Shown here: in pieces, positions 25,301-37,990 of the stretch | Position numbering within the stretch: the first letter of the stretch is position 1 | How the letters are laid out: each line of letters begins with the position of its first letter | Source of the DNA: Azolla caroliniana | Taxonomy: Eukaryota > Plantae > Polypodiophyta | Direction of reading: 5' to 3' | Assembly: GCA_043228905.1 (NCBI GenBank) | Contig: JBHGNT010000003.1 | Span: 14,570,001 to 14,634,000, forward strand | DNA: 64,000 nt | The notes under the pieces: generated by a model | Told to the model about the DNA's origin: nothing | Seen by the model: only the letters and a program-made list of their open reading frames with translations | Database searches by the model: none | Translations under genes and position numbers: made by a program

Positions 25301-26030
25301 GGAATCGGTTTGAGATTCCACGGCACATGCGGTATCGTGAAGATCACCATTGGTTCCACAACCGTCGGGTCTACGCACCCGATCTCCTCCGGTGAGAATG
25401 TGAAAGCCTTCCTGTGCCTCCCGAGCATTCTCCGAAACCGGTCCTCTTCTGCCAGCAGTAGATAGCCACCCCCATCGATCTTGAGCTTCCGTAGCTTTAT
25501 GTCGGTGAACGTGTGTTGTTACCCCGTACGAGATGTACGAAGAGTCAAGTGTGATGAGCGAGGGTCGAATGTTATCATGATGTTGTTGTGTATGTGTAGG
25601 GGGCATAAATGTAATTGTGAGTCTATACGTAAGTGAACACATGCACACGTGTGTGCATGTGGATGGATACGAGGAGGTGTGAGTGAGTGTCCAGTATGAA
25701 TGCTCGAGGGGGCTTACACCCCTATGTATCTACCCCCTCTTGTACTATTTAACCCCTTATGGGGAATGAATGAAACATGAATAATCATTCTCTCTCTCTC
25801 TCTCTCTTTGTCATCTCTCTTCCTCTCTCTCCCCTTAACGTTGAACCCCCTTGGGAGGGGGGTGGAGCTATTCTAGGCACCACCCCCCACCCCTCAATGC
25901 TTGTGGTGTTCTTCGTGATCTCTCACCATCATCATCACACATACATTATCAATATACCATGATTGTTAACCCTATTCCTATCTTTATCATTATCATCATT
26001 AACCCTAACCCTAAAACAATTAACACTTTT

Positions 26031-26040
26031 TGGCGACCAC
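26031..26040 (+). promoter_or_regulatory. PBS of E (tRNA-Arg-like, different isoacceptor)
   Basis: TGGCGACCAC 5 nt after the LTR end TAACA. Confidence 0.7.
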
Positions 26041-27720
26041 TAAGGCGACCCCCTTTGGAGATGGAGTTGACGAATGATCCGTGGCAGTATGATGTGCGAG
26101 AGGAACTCACGGAATGGTATGTGATAGAAGTATGTGCGAGAGAGCAAGAAATCAAACCAGCAATGTACAAGAAATGTGCGAGAAATGATGAAAATGGTAG
26201 ATTGATGATGTCTCAGAGCATTATCATCATCATTCTCATCATTTTTGGTCTTCAGATAATCACTACTCCTATAACCCTAACTCCTCTACAATTCCTTGCA
26301 CTAGATACCATATTGTGTTACCGTACGAGAAGCGGTTAGTGACAATGTGTGTGTTTTCGAATGCGTGGTGCAAGATGCACGGTTGGACAAACAACAACGT
26401 AGAGGGAACTGGTGCCAGCACGACCGGAAAGAGAAGCCCACCAGCAGACTGCGGTGGAAGACGAAGTGTGTGGAGCGAAGGCTGGGGGGATGTGCTGAGA
26501 ATGCACGGGAGATAGTTCCAGACGAAGCAACGCGGAGAGAGTCGGAACTGAAATCGGAATCGGAACCAGAACCAGAGTTGGTTAACACCGAAGGGCCATA
26601 GAAACAAAGAAGGAGATGCAGACGCAAACCAGACATTGACGACCTGAGAAACAAACAGCACTGGAAAGACACGGTTGGAGGCACCAAACAGAGAAGAAGA
26701 CTACTAGAAAAACAGAGACATAGATGATGACTGCGACAGAGATGCCACACAAAGACCATGGGCATTGCAAAACAACGAAACTAGAGACAAAGACACCAAC
26801 ACGACATAGCCGGAAATGGAGAAGTCAGACGAGACGACGTGTTGCAGAAAGCCACTGACGGAAGCCAAGAAACCACAACGGAGCCGGAAACCAACAGAGA
26901 CGGTTATGGAGTCCGCAATAGAGTGGTGTCCTAACAATGGCTGGAACATAGACGGAAAAGGCCGGAGAGGCCGGAAAGTGGTGGCCAAACCGACGTTCGA
27001 ATAGTGGAAAGAGATCGATGGACAAGGCCAAATGAACAGAGAGACACCGATGGAGATGGCTGGAAGCGGTTGGACAGCAACCGAACGACCAGAAAGGCAA
27101 AACAATGGTTGAATACTGGCCGGAGCGACGACAGTGGCTGAACAATCGACGGCCAGATCAGAGATGATGCTAAAAAGTGAGGCCAAACAGACACACACAA
27201 CAACGGACGAACCGACAGACGACAATGACAGACAGACAACGACGATGGATGGTGATGGTTGTTACTCGTTCCTTTGGGTGAACACCTTCAATAGATCTGC
27301 GGCTATCGGTATTCAAGGGCGTGGTACGTGAAGGCTCGTAACAGAGGCGTCAAGAGAGAGACAGGGCTCAGAGAGAAAACATTAGCGAGGTCTTGATAGG
27401 CGTGGGCGGCGTTGAAATCATAGGTATGAATCAAAGCATAGACACATGGAACAAACTAGGCACAATTCAGATATATTACTGCGACAGAAAAAAGATTACA
27501 GAACACGGCCTACGGCCGGTGACCTTACAAGATTCTCTAGTTACGAGGGACTCAACTAGTGCTTCTACCTATATTTTTTTTCTCTCTCTCCTCTGAGGTA
27601 CTAGTCCTTGTTTAAATAACTTTTCCCCTAATACACAGCCGAGCCGGCAGTGGCTCGTGATACTCGGACTCGGCGTTTGCTAATTTCCTAATTTTACATT
27701 TCTGTCCTCTCGACAACACC

Positions 27721-27737
27721 TGGCACGCCCGTGGGAC
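27721..27737 (+). promoter_or_regulatory. Inverted PBS-like site (tRNA-Arg-like) at the PPT position of B3
   Basis: LTR end ACAACA + CC + TGGCACGCCCGTGGGAC. Confidence 0.82.
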
Positions 27738-27817
27738 AGGATATTGTCCGTCGGACCCACGACTTACAAAAATACTAACAATATTACAAAAATTGCCTTT
27801 TAGGCGTGATCCTCGTT

Positions 27818-30800
27818 TCATTCCTCTTTTAAGATGTCGAGGATGTTTTCGGGGTCCGGGGTGGTGGCAAGGTGGTCTGGTTGGACTGTCGGTGCGGGGG
27901 GTTGAGTTTGGTACGGGGGTGTCATATCTTCTCGGGCGTCCGCCTCAGGTGCGGCCGATTCTTCTAGTGGGGGTGTGGGTTTGAGGGCGCTGACCTCTAC
28001 TTCGACTGGATCTAGTATCGTGTGGGCGTCCATGGGATGTCTGTTGGCCGGGGCAAGTTCCTCCTGTGCCGTGTCCGTGATCCCCTTGCTGGAAGGTTCT
28101 TCCTTTTACTCTGTGGCCGTTGGAGGGCTGATTGGGATGGCTGCGAGTCGTTCTCGTTCGAAGGCTTCTGCTTCCAGGCGAAACAACATCTGACTGTCAT
28201 TGAAGTCCTCCATTATTTGCTCGATTGCTGCGGTGTGAGATTTTGCCAAGGACTGGTAATCCTCGGTTAAATCTGCGCGCAGGTTTTGTATGCTGGCTTC
28301 GTCCATTTTGTAAAAGCCGCGGCCCTCCTTCCGTCGGTTCTCGGCGTCGGCGCGTAAAATATGCAATTCGGCAGCTTGGGCTGCCCATTCGTCTCCTGCT
28401 CGACTTAATGTTTCCTTGACCTTTTTGGTAAGGTGCTAGCGCTGTTTCTCAATCAGTATTCTGATGCGTGTCTCATCCATGCCGGGCTGTGCTCGGATGG
28501 CTGCTAATTCCTATTTTAAGCCGTCAACCTCGGCTTGAAGCTTCTTTGCTAGTAGTTCATAGGTGGCTTGAGCGTTCTTTGCATCCACGGTTACGAGCTG
28601 GATAGCCTGCTCGTAATGCTTGGTGAGTTCTTCGGTGGCTTTCTCCCATTCTTTTTGACACGCGGCCCGGACTTGTTCCCATTCGACGATTCTCTCTTCT
28701 TGTAGGGCAAAGTAGGAATCCGATAATTCGTCTTTTTGCTCCGAAAGTAGCTTGCATTTGATGAAAAACTCGTCAGCCATTTCTTTAAGGGTCGTACGTT
28801 GACTCTATAGCTCGGCATTCTCCGCGATCATTCTCTCCTCCCGTTGGTGATTTCTTTCCTCCTGCCGGTGGTTCCAGTCTTTCGCATTGTCGAGCGCGGC
28901 CTGTAGGTCTAGGACCTCCTTCTCTTTCTTTGCCACTGTGGCTGCGTATTCCTCCAGCTTGCTTTTGAGTTCGGCTTCTTTGCCCGCGGCTTGCGCTTGT
29001 ACCCGGCCCAGTGCTTCGTTCTGCTCGTGTATCCTTTGGTCGGCCTGGGCTCTAATCTCGACCATCTGCTTGGAAGCTTCTTCTTTTAGGCGAGCCATCG
29101 CCTCCTGATGCCGTTGTTCTTCTTTAAGCTCCGCTCGGTAATCCCGGAGCGGGGGTTCTGTCTAGGTTGCCACCTCCTTGGGTGGACGAGGGGGTGGTAT
29201 CTCGGTCTTCTCCATGGGCGTGGCCGCCTCGGTTGTTGTGCAGGCATCGACCATTTGTAACGAATCTGTTTGTGTACTGGCCTGCATCGTCAGGATTGAA
29301 TCTGTGACGGTGCTTTCATCCATCATTGTTATGCGTGGAGGGGCTGGGAGGGCCTCGGTGGTCGTGGCCGGAAGGCTCAAGAGTTGTTGTTCCGGCCGGT
29401 TTTGCTCCTAGGCTGCCAGCTTCTGTTTCGCACCGTGCCATAATTCTGTAGCCATCTTAGCCTGTTTTTGGGCTATTTTTATCTTTCGGGCCATGTCTTT
29501 GGCTGCCCACGTAGTGCGATCTAGGTCCCTATATGCCTCGATAAGGCCCGTGTTCAACTAAGGGACCTCCATGAGGAGAGCGGCCTGTTTTGCCTGCTTC
29601 TTTCTCCCGATTTTTTGTAAGCCCTATCGTCCTGGGGCTCGTCCTGGAGGTCTTTATACCTGAGGACTTCATCCTCCGAGATCTGCGTTGTCTGCCCATG
29701 CTCGATCTTTCCCTGGTTCAGCGATGCCTCCTCAGGGATGATGGCCAGGTTGCTCTGTCTGCCAACTAAGGCTTGCTCTTGTTGTGGCTCTTTCTGTTCT
29801 GCCGAGGACTCGCGATTGAGTTGTCTTCTCTTGCTCAGCTGTGTTTGGGGTTCCGGGGCCGGTAGTGTCGTTTCCTCCGCCTGCTTCCTTTTCTGGGGTC
29901 GTGGTGGTGTTGCCTGCTGTGTGTTGGGGCGTGGGCTAGGCCCTGGGGAAGTTACCGAGGGGCGCGACATTGGCTGTCGAATGGTGACATCATCTGCCGT
30001 GTTGTCCTCCGCGGCGACCTCCTCCTCCCATTCTTGGCAGGTCTCGGAAACTGCCGTTTTTTGTTGGGGTTGGGTGGGTGGTGGTGCAGATGCGGGGTTT
30101 TGGTCGGCGGCGGGAGGTGAAGGCGATGTGGGCTCCTCCCATGCTTCGTGGCTGATGGCAACGAATTTCTCTTTCTGCCTTCGTGGTGGTGGTGGGGACG
30201 TGAGTGTGCGAGGGGAAGGAAGAGAAGAGGGTGGGTATAGAACCATCAAAAAGTGGGTAAGAACAGACAACATCTTCTTACCGGATTGAAATGAAGCTAA
30301 GGCGGCGCGGAGTCCTTCGCCTGTGATGATTCCCCAATCGATTTTGTTTCCTTCATATGCGCTGATGATGATGGCTGCCTTGTTCTGCGGCATGCTCGTT
30401 GGGTTCGTATGCACGAACGCATACTCCATTAATAAACGAGCAATCTCCCCGAAAGCTCTGTTGGGACCGCCATACGTGCGATATGCCTTCCCTGAGGCTA
30501 AGTACTCACCGAAGTACTCTTTCATCTTCGATGCCGGGGGTATGTCGACCTCATGGTCCCTTCCCCGTTGCAGGTCCAAAACAACCCGAAGCACGTTGTT
30601 GGTGATGGCTTCGGGACAAATACGTTTAGAGACACCTTGGGCATCTGAGTGCGCGGGGGCATCAATGATCTTCAGGTAACCGCCCATTCCTCGTTCCTAG
30701 AGCCAGGCGCGGGTTTGTGTTGAAGCGGTAAGAGGCATGGTGGAGATGGAGACAAGGTTTGACTGTGTGGAAGCGTGAAGAAGAGTGATGAGGCGAGGGC

Positions 30801-31047
30801 GAGACAGAGAAGGAACAGCAGGAAGGGGAAGTTCAACAGAGGGGTTATGAGAGTGAAAGAGGGCTTGAGAGCAAGAGCGTTTAGCGCGATGTGAGCGAGA
30901 CAGGGTTTATGAGCTTGAGAGCGATGGGGATTGGGAGCGATAATGAACTTCTGTGTCTGTGCTGCGTTTTGGAAACGGTTTTAGTAACTTACTCCTAGGG
31001 TTTTGTGCCTGAAGCGAATCCTGAAGATTCTTAGTCGTGGGTGCCAT
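27818..31047 (-). pseudogene. B3 extra ORF (about 1075 codons; globular N domain, Pro-rich linker, coiled coil, conserved C domain)
   Basis: ORF pieces 29554..30687, 29162..29380, 28805..29098, 28511..28780, 28106..28366 and 27818..28033; candidate in-frame ATG at 31047. Confidence 0.8.
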
Positions 31048-31260
31048 AATAAGTGACTAACACCACGTGTCCTGAAGGTGATTGGGGTGCTTCTAGTGCT
31101 TTGCATGTGCTTAAATAGGTACTAAATGAGTGGTGGCGAGGGGTGCTCCTAAATTTGTGGGTGCCTAGGTGGGTGGTGTAGGTGTAGCTAATCGATGGCT
31201 AAACTATGGTTAATCCTACCTACTACTACTTTTATTAATTTCAAGAAGGTGGGTGAGTCC

Positions 31261-34200
31261 TTATTCAGGGGGACACGTGGCCTCCTCCGTGGTGGTTTCC
31301 CGAAACGGGTTGGGTGGTGTAGTGCCTCGATATGGTCGAAGTCGGAAACCATTGGCCCAGCTTTTGACAGTGTCGCCGGCGAGTGTGCCGAGCTGGAACG
31401 TCCCGTTGAACTTGTCGATAATCCAGAATGGACCGGTCCACCGAAATCTTAATTTTCCCGGCATAGACCCAAGTTGTGTTTGAAAAAGAAGAACCGGTTT
31501 GCCGATGGTGAGCTCCTTTTCCAGCCCGTGTCAATGTCGATCCGCGAAAGCCTTGCGTTGCCGTTGCCGTTGTTCGAGCTGGGCCATACTCTCTATCCTA
31601 TCTTCGCCGAGTTCGAGGAGTTGTTCCAGTCAGTATTGCTCGGATTGGGCCTCGGGGAGCCGTGCTTTGATTTGAACTCGGAGGCTCGGGACTTGGAACT
31701 CGACGGGCATTACGGCTTCTAATCCGAACGCCATTCGAAAGGGGGTTGATTGGATGCTTGTTTTGAAAGTCATACGATATGCCCACAGCGCGCTCTAGAG
31801 TTTGTCATCCCAATCGGTCCTGTTTTCATTGACGATCATCTTCAGTATGGTTTGGAGGATTTTATTGGTGGATTCCGCCAAGCCGTTCGCTTGCGGGTAG
31901 TATGGTGTGCTTTTCTTGTGCACCACCGCGTAGTGGTGTGTAAGTTCATGTATTATATGATTGATGAAATGCCCACCTTGATCACTAATGAGCTCGATTG
32001 GGCATCCGTAACGGCACCAGAGGTGCTCGTACACGAATTTAGCTGTGGATGCCGTCGTGTTGTCTCGGAGTGCCTTAGCCTCGACCCATTTGGTGCAGTA
32101 ATCCGTGGCAACGATAATATACCTATTCCCTGTACGGGCCGCGGGTGGTTTGAAAGGGCCTACAAAATCCAAACCCCATTTTTGAAATGGGTCCAACGGA
32201 AGAATCGGTTGGTGTGGTATCTGTGACTGTTCCATTGGTTGCCCCAGTCGTTGGCACAAATCGCACTGCCGACAAAACTCGTGAGAGCGTCTTTCTTCGT
32301 TGTCGGCCACCACAATCCACTTTGCCAAACTTTCCTTGCCGTGGAATCCCCGGCGTAGTGCCCCCAGCTACTCCCTGGTGGGCTTCCTGAAGAACGGCGT
32401 TCTTCTCGAATTGCCGAATCGCTTGGCGCCATATGCCGTCCGAGCCTTTGTGGTAGAGAATGTCCGAGATGAGGCAAAAATTCCGGCTACGCACTGCTAG
32501 GTGTTTTCTCGTGTCAAGGGGCATGTGCTCGGGAGGTACACCGGTAGTGAGAAAATGGGTCATCTCCGTTATCGTCTGGTATCGTGGTTAGGTTAAATAG
32601 GCTGGCGTCCGGTAGCTCGTCGTACGTTGTTTTCGCCGGTTCCCCTGACTCAAGACGGCTCAAGTAGTCGGCGACGGCATGTTGTACCCCGGGTCGATGC
32701 TGAATCTGGAAATCAAACTCCTGTAGTAGGAGCATCCACCGAGCCAACCGTCCGGTGAGGGCAGGTTTATTGACCAAATAAAGAAGAGCCGAGTGATTCA
32801 CGTGAAAGGTAAATTTTCGGCCCAAGAGGTAATGCCGAAATTTATTGATGTTATAAATCATACCGAGGGCCTCCCGCTCGGTGATGGAGTAATTCTTTTC
32901 CGCGGTTGAGAGCCGTTGGCTGGCGTAGTACACGGGCCTATACCAATTCGGGGGTGTGCATTGCATCAGGGCACTTCCGATGGCGATGTCCGAAGCATCT
33001 ACGAAGACATGAACGGTTCGGACCAAACCGGAGACTGGACCACCAGGGCATGTGATAGCATTCGTTTCAGGGTCTGATAGGCCGTGTCCTCGATTGACAT
33101 CCATTGGAAAGGAAGGCGATGGATTGCCGCATGTAAAGGTGTCGCGAAATCGACCAGGTGTCGTATCATTCGGCTGTGCCACCGGATCTGTCCCAAAAAA
33201 CGGCTTAGTGCCTTAGCGTTCGAGGGTGCGGTGGCAGTCAGGATTGCCTTTACTTTATCCAGGTCCATAGTGATGCCTTCTTGACTGACAATGTGGCTGA
33301 GAAGGTTGCCGTTGGTTACTAAGAACGCGCATTTCGCCGGGTTTAAACTCAATCGAGCTTGGCGACATCGGTCCAGGCAGAGTCATAACTGGGTCATGTG
33401 TTCCCATCGATGGCCATACACGGCGAAATCGTCGAGAAAGACTTGCATGAACGCCGGGATGTAGTCATGAAAGATTTCGGTGATGATGCGCTGGAACGTA
33501 GCCGGCACCGTTTTTAGACCGAACATCATTACTTCTGCAACAAAAACACCCCATTCCGTGATGAAAGCGGTTTTCTCCTGATCCTCCGGGTGCATTCTTA
33601 TCTGGTTATAGCCGCTGAACTTGTCGAGGAAACTGTAGCATTCGTGGCCGGCTACCGTGTCGAGGACGCTGTCCGTGAATGGGAGAGGGAAACCGTCGGT
33701 GACTGTTGCCGCATTAAGCTTCCGATAGTCGACGCAGACGCGGATTTTTGCGTTCTTCTTTGGGACCACTACGATCGGGCTCAACCACGTGGCCCGTTTA
33801 ACAGGGCGAATGAAGCCCACTCGGAGTAGTTTGTCGATTTCCTCTTTGACTTTAGTGGCGTAGTTGGGGTTCATCCTGTAGTGCCTCTGCTGAACAGGCC
33901 GAGTGTCGGGTAAGATGTGAATTTGATGTTGGTAGTATTGAGGATCCAACCCCTTCATATCGGTGTAAGACCAAGCGAAAACATCCTGGTAGTCAGTGAA
34001 CAATCTTACGAGGCATGCCCGTTCTCCGGTTGGTAGATTATTGGCAATTTGTAACGTACGGGGATTCTCGTCTGAACCGAGGTTTATTGTTTTTAGGGTT
34101 GATGCTTTCACTCATTGTGAAATGGCGAGTTCGCGTTCGAAAGCCAATGTTGCGTTGATATTCGTTGTACGCAACCGGTCGGCCTAGTAACATTGGGTAG

Positions 34201-36214
34201 GCGCCTTGTGTCTCCAGTCTTAGCACGACGGCCGAGATCGTGAACATGTGGCCTCCGAGTGTGAAGTCGAGATGGCGGATTAAACCAATGGGGCGAATGG
34301 AGCGGGTGTCGGCCATCCGAAGCCAAAAGGGGCATGGTTCCCATTGATTCAGGCTGAGGTTGAGACACGTTGACTCGCTATTAACGTTTACGCGGGATCC
34401 GCCGTCGATGATGCATCCGTGCAGGTCTTGTCCCTTAATGACGATTCGCACGGCTGGGTTTTGAGAATCCATGAATGGTGGACCGGTTCCTGCTTCGGTG
34501 AAGTGTACCGGTGGCGTCATGGGCTTAGTATTGGCCTGGAGTGCCGCCAGGGTGTCCCGAAATCTCGGCATGAGTGGTAAAAGTTTATGTAGGGGTAGCG
34601 AGATGCGGGAGTTGGTAAGAACATCCCATAGTTGGTCGTCCTCCTCCGACGTGGATGGTGCCGAGGTTTGTGGTGCTTCACTGGGCCTGTCTCTCATGTC
34701 AGTTTGCATGCGTACGACATTATTTTTATTGGCCGTGTCGATCCATTCTTTTGTTGCCTGACGGACTTCATCCTGGATTTGCCACTGAGTAGTCTGCGCT
34801 TTACTCCGGGTAGTGACCGTTTGAACATCGGCCATGATACTGTTCACCACGGGTGCCTTGCCACGGTTGGTTGTTGGACATTGCGTGGCGTAGTGGCCTG
34901 GTTGGTTACATTTAAAACATGTCACGTTGGCCGAGCTGCTGGTGTTCGCTCGGTCTATGTGTGGAAGCTGTTGTTGTTGATTCTCAGTCTCGTTTGGTGG
35001 TGGGTTGTTCCGAGGTGCGTTGGAGTTGCACTGGTCATTTTGAGGAGCGTCCCGTCGGCGGTTGTCGTTAGGTCTTCTATTGTTGCGTGTGTTGCGGTTG
35101 CCGTTTCGCCGATCAATGCGTGAGTTCCGTCGGTCATACCGGTCATCGCGATCGTCATCATATCGAGCATAATCTTCGTGCCGGTCATCGCGATAATGAT
35201 CACGGCGGTCATCACGTCGGTAGTCGTCGTCTCGGCGCCGTCGATCCGGGGATCGTGGTCGGTCGTTATCCTGGTCTCGGTAGACATATCGCTCGTCCTA
35301 CCAAGAGTATGTATTTCGTGGCTCAATCTGGCGGACCGGTGCCGCCGTTGTGCGGTTCAGCATATTATATTCGCACTGCTCGACCGTGTGAGCTCGAGAC
35401 TGATAGATTGGACACTATGGTCGGTGGGGACATTCGAGGGCCAAATGCCCTGATCCTGAACACGCCGTGCATTGGAGGGCTTGGCAAAAGCGATTGTCCT
35501 CTTGGGGAAGAGCGTTTTGCAAGGATGTCATCGAGAAGGCCGCGCCGTGCTGGGTCCGATCGAGGGCGAGAACCCGCGCTATGACTTGTTCGATAGTATG
35601 ACTTGTTCGATAGTATGACTTGTTCGATAGTATGACTTGTTCGATAGTATGACTTGTTCGATAGTATGTAAGTGCGAGAGTCGTTCGGAGAGGCTCTCGT
35701 AAACTGGATAGGAAAGTGTTCGGTATATGTTGTGTCGAGACATCATCGGCCACTTGTCTGTAGAGATCCTGGAACCAGATCGTGAACTGTGCGACCGTTT
35801 CATGCGGTTCCTGGCATATAGAGAAGAATTGCCGGAGCAGTTCCCGTTTAGGCACCTCGCGATGACGATTTGGAAAGTGGTGGCCTCTCCTATTTCGAGG
35901 CGAGAGTACCAACGTGCGGCCGGTCCATCGAGGGAGAGTGTGAACTCGGCAATCTTTGAGGCATCGATTTCGGCCGGCGTGAGGTGGTGCGTTGAGTGGT
36001 TGGCCTACCACGTGGATATGAAGGCACGGATGTGTGACTCCACGTTTGGTCCGTCGGTGTATCGTGGGTATGGGTACGGCATGATGTCGTACTGTGGGTC
36101 TTCTGGTAGCACCGGAAAAGGGTTTAGTTCCGGTTGATTGACCTCCGGAGGGCTCGACGGGGGTTTTGGTTGTGAATCAACTCGCGATCGAGTGTCTGGT
36201 GGCGAGGATTGCAC
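31261..36214 (-). pseudogene. gag-pol: B3 gag-pol (Gag, CCHC, PR, RT, RNase H, IN), frameshifted
   Basis: [68 protein letters not shown]. Confidence 0.9.
35580..35668 (+). repeat. Perfect tandem repeat, 5 x 17 bp (TATGACTTGTTCGATAG) plus 4 bp
   Basis: Read directly from the sequence; lies inside B3 gag. Confidence 0.95.
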
Positions 36215-36387
36215 TAGGGAAGCCTCTGATTGCTCGAGAAAGGATTGGTCAGTGACCGCCGAGTCGAAAGTTCCTTCGACTGGTTGAGGGCGTCGGGCAG
36301 GTGGCCGAGACCTCGCGGTGCGAGAGGGCGCCGTAACGGCGGCTGGTGGTTACCTTCAATGAAGTTCGCCGTGCACTCACAGTTGTA

Positions 36388-36400
36388 ACCGGGTGTGCCA
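36388..36400 (-). promoter_or_regulatory. 5' PBS of B3 (tRNA-Arg-like)
   Basis: TGGCACACCCGGT 5 nt after the 5' LTR in gag-pol sense; B2 has TGGCACACTTGGTG at 51559-51572. Confidence 0.78.
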
Positions 36401-37580
36401 AATTGTGTTACCCGTTCCTTTGGGTGAACACCTTCGATAGATCTGCGACTATCGGTATTCAAGGGTGTGGTACATGAAGGCTCGTAACAGAGGCGTCGAG
36501 AGAGAGACAGGGCTCAGAGAGAAAATACTAGCGAGGTCTTGATAGGCGTGGGCGGCATTGAAATCATAGGTATCAATCAAAGCATAGACACATGGAACAA
36601 ACTGGACACAATTCAGATATATTACTGTGACAGAAAAAAGATTACAGAACACGGCCTACGGCCGGTGACCTTACAAGATTCTCTAGTTACGAGGGACTCA
36701 GCTAGTGCTTCCGCCTATATTTTTTTTCTCTCTCTCCTCTGAGGTACTGGTCCTCGTTTAAATAACTTTTCCCCGAATACATAGCCGAGCTGTCGGTGGC
36801 CCGTGATACTCGGACTCGGCGTTTGCTAATTTCCTAATTTTACATTTCTGTCCTCTCGACGATAATGGTGATGACGACGGTGACGATGACGACGACCGAG
36901 CCAGAGACGGAGATGAATAGAGAAGGTCGTACAGACACAACGATAGACAAGAACAGAGTGTGACAACCACGGACAATGGACATAGCGGTGGTGAAAGAAG
37001 GAAGAAGAAACAGAAAACGGAGATGAAGGAAAGAAAGAGAGAAAGGGAAGAAGAAATAGAAAACACAAAGGAAGAGATGTTGAAGAAGAAGAAAACAAGA
37101 AGCAAGAGAAAAAAAGAAGGAAACAAGAAAAGAAAAAAGAGGGAAAAAGAGAATGATAAGGGGCATGCGAAGAAATTTTAAAATGTTGAGGGTAGCAGCC
37201 TAAAATTTCAGAAACCTGGGGGTACTGAATGAAATTTTCAAAACTGGAGGGTATATAATAAAAATTTTAAAACTCAAAGGGCACCTACGAAATTTTGAAA
37301 ACTCATCAACCTAAAAGAAATGGACGCGATCGACACACAAATCACAAAATCAACAAAAAGGAAGATATACATACACACAATATTTTTTAACCTGAAAGAG
37401 GATACCAAAGTTCGTAAGGCGACATAACGAGAATGTTTGTGTCGCGGAAGATTCGCTAACCGACAAAGATGTTTGAGTTAAGCACTCTGATCGAGGGAGT
37501 TGATCGTTGATACGAACGATGGAAGTTCCGGTCGAAGAAATATCATCATCAAGGCATGTGGGATCGACGTGCAAGGCACT

Positions 37581-37597
37581 CTCCCATGGGCGTGCCA
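37581..37597 (-). promoter_or_regulatory. Inverted PBS-like site at the PPT position of E
   Basis: CTCCCATGGGCGTGCCA + TATTG + LTR TGTTA on the plus strand. Confidence 0.78.
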
Positions 37598-37873
37598 TAT
37601 TGTGTTACCCTGTATGAGATGTACGAAGAGTCAAGTGTGATGAGCGAGGATCGAATGTTATCATGATGTTGTTGTGTATGTGTAGGGGGCATAAATGTAA
37701 TTGTGAGTCTATACGTAAGTGAACACATGCACACGCGTGTGCATGTGGATGGATACGAGGAGGTGTGAGTGAGTGTCCAGTATGAATGCTCGAGGGGGCT
37801 TACACCCCTATGTATCTACCCCCTCTTGTACTATTTAACCCCTTATGGGGAATGAATGAAACATGAATAATCA

Positions 37874-37876
<3 letters not shown>

Positions 37877-37969
<93 letters not shown>

Positions 37970-37990
37970 TCATCTCTCTTCCTCTCTCTC
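37877..37990. repeat. Compound (CT)n microsatellite in the right LTR of E
   Basis: Much longer than the equivalent tract at about 25790-25832 in the left LTR. Confidence 0.9.

Larger units (their letters stand above)
27260..36864 (-). mobile_element. Full-length Gypsy element 'B3' (9605 bp, Athila/OTA-like, with extra ORF)
   Basis: 459-bp LTRs 27260-27718 and 36406-36864; TSD ATGGT; gag-pol and extra ORF on the minus strand. Confidence 0.93.

Noticed and set aside
25995-26016. Telomere-like AACCCTAACCCTAA (also about 38160)
   Set aside because: Only two units, inside both E LTRs; at most a telo-box, not a telomere or interstitial array.
26200-27259. Overlapping ORFs in the internal region of E
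   Set aside because: Low-complexity purine-rich sequence with no recognisable domain; the ORFs are likely by-products of composition.
27721-27737. A tRNA gene at the inverted PBS motifs
   Set aside because: Only about 17 nt resemble a tRNA 3' end and include CCA, which nuclear tRNA genes do not encode; there is no cloverleaf upstream.
35580-35668. CRISPR-like array
   Set aside because: Units are contiguous with no spacers, there are no cas genes, and the context is a eukaryotic TE.
36758-37181. Hydrophobic, membrane-protein-like or Lys/Arg-rich ORFs
   Set aside because: Translations of GA/AAG-rich simple sequence.
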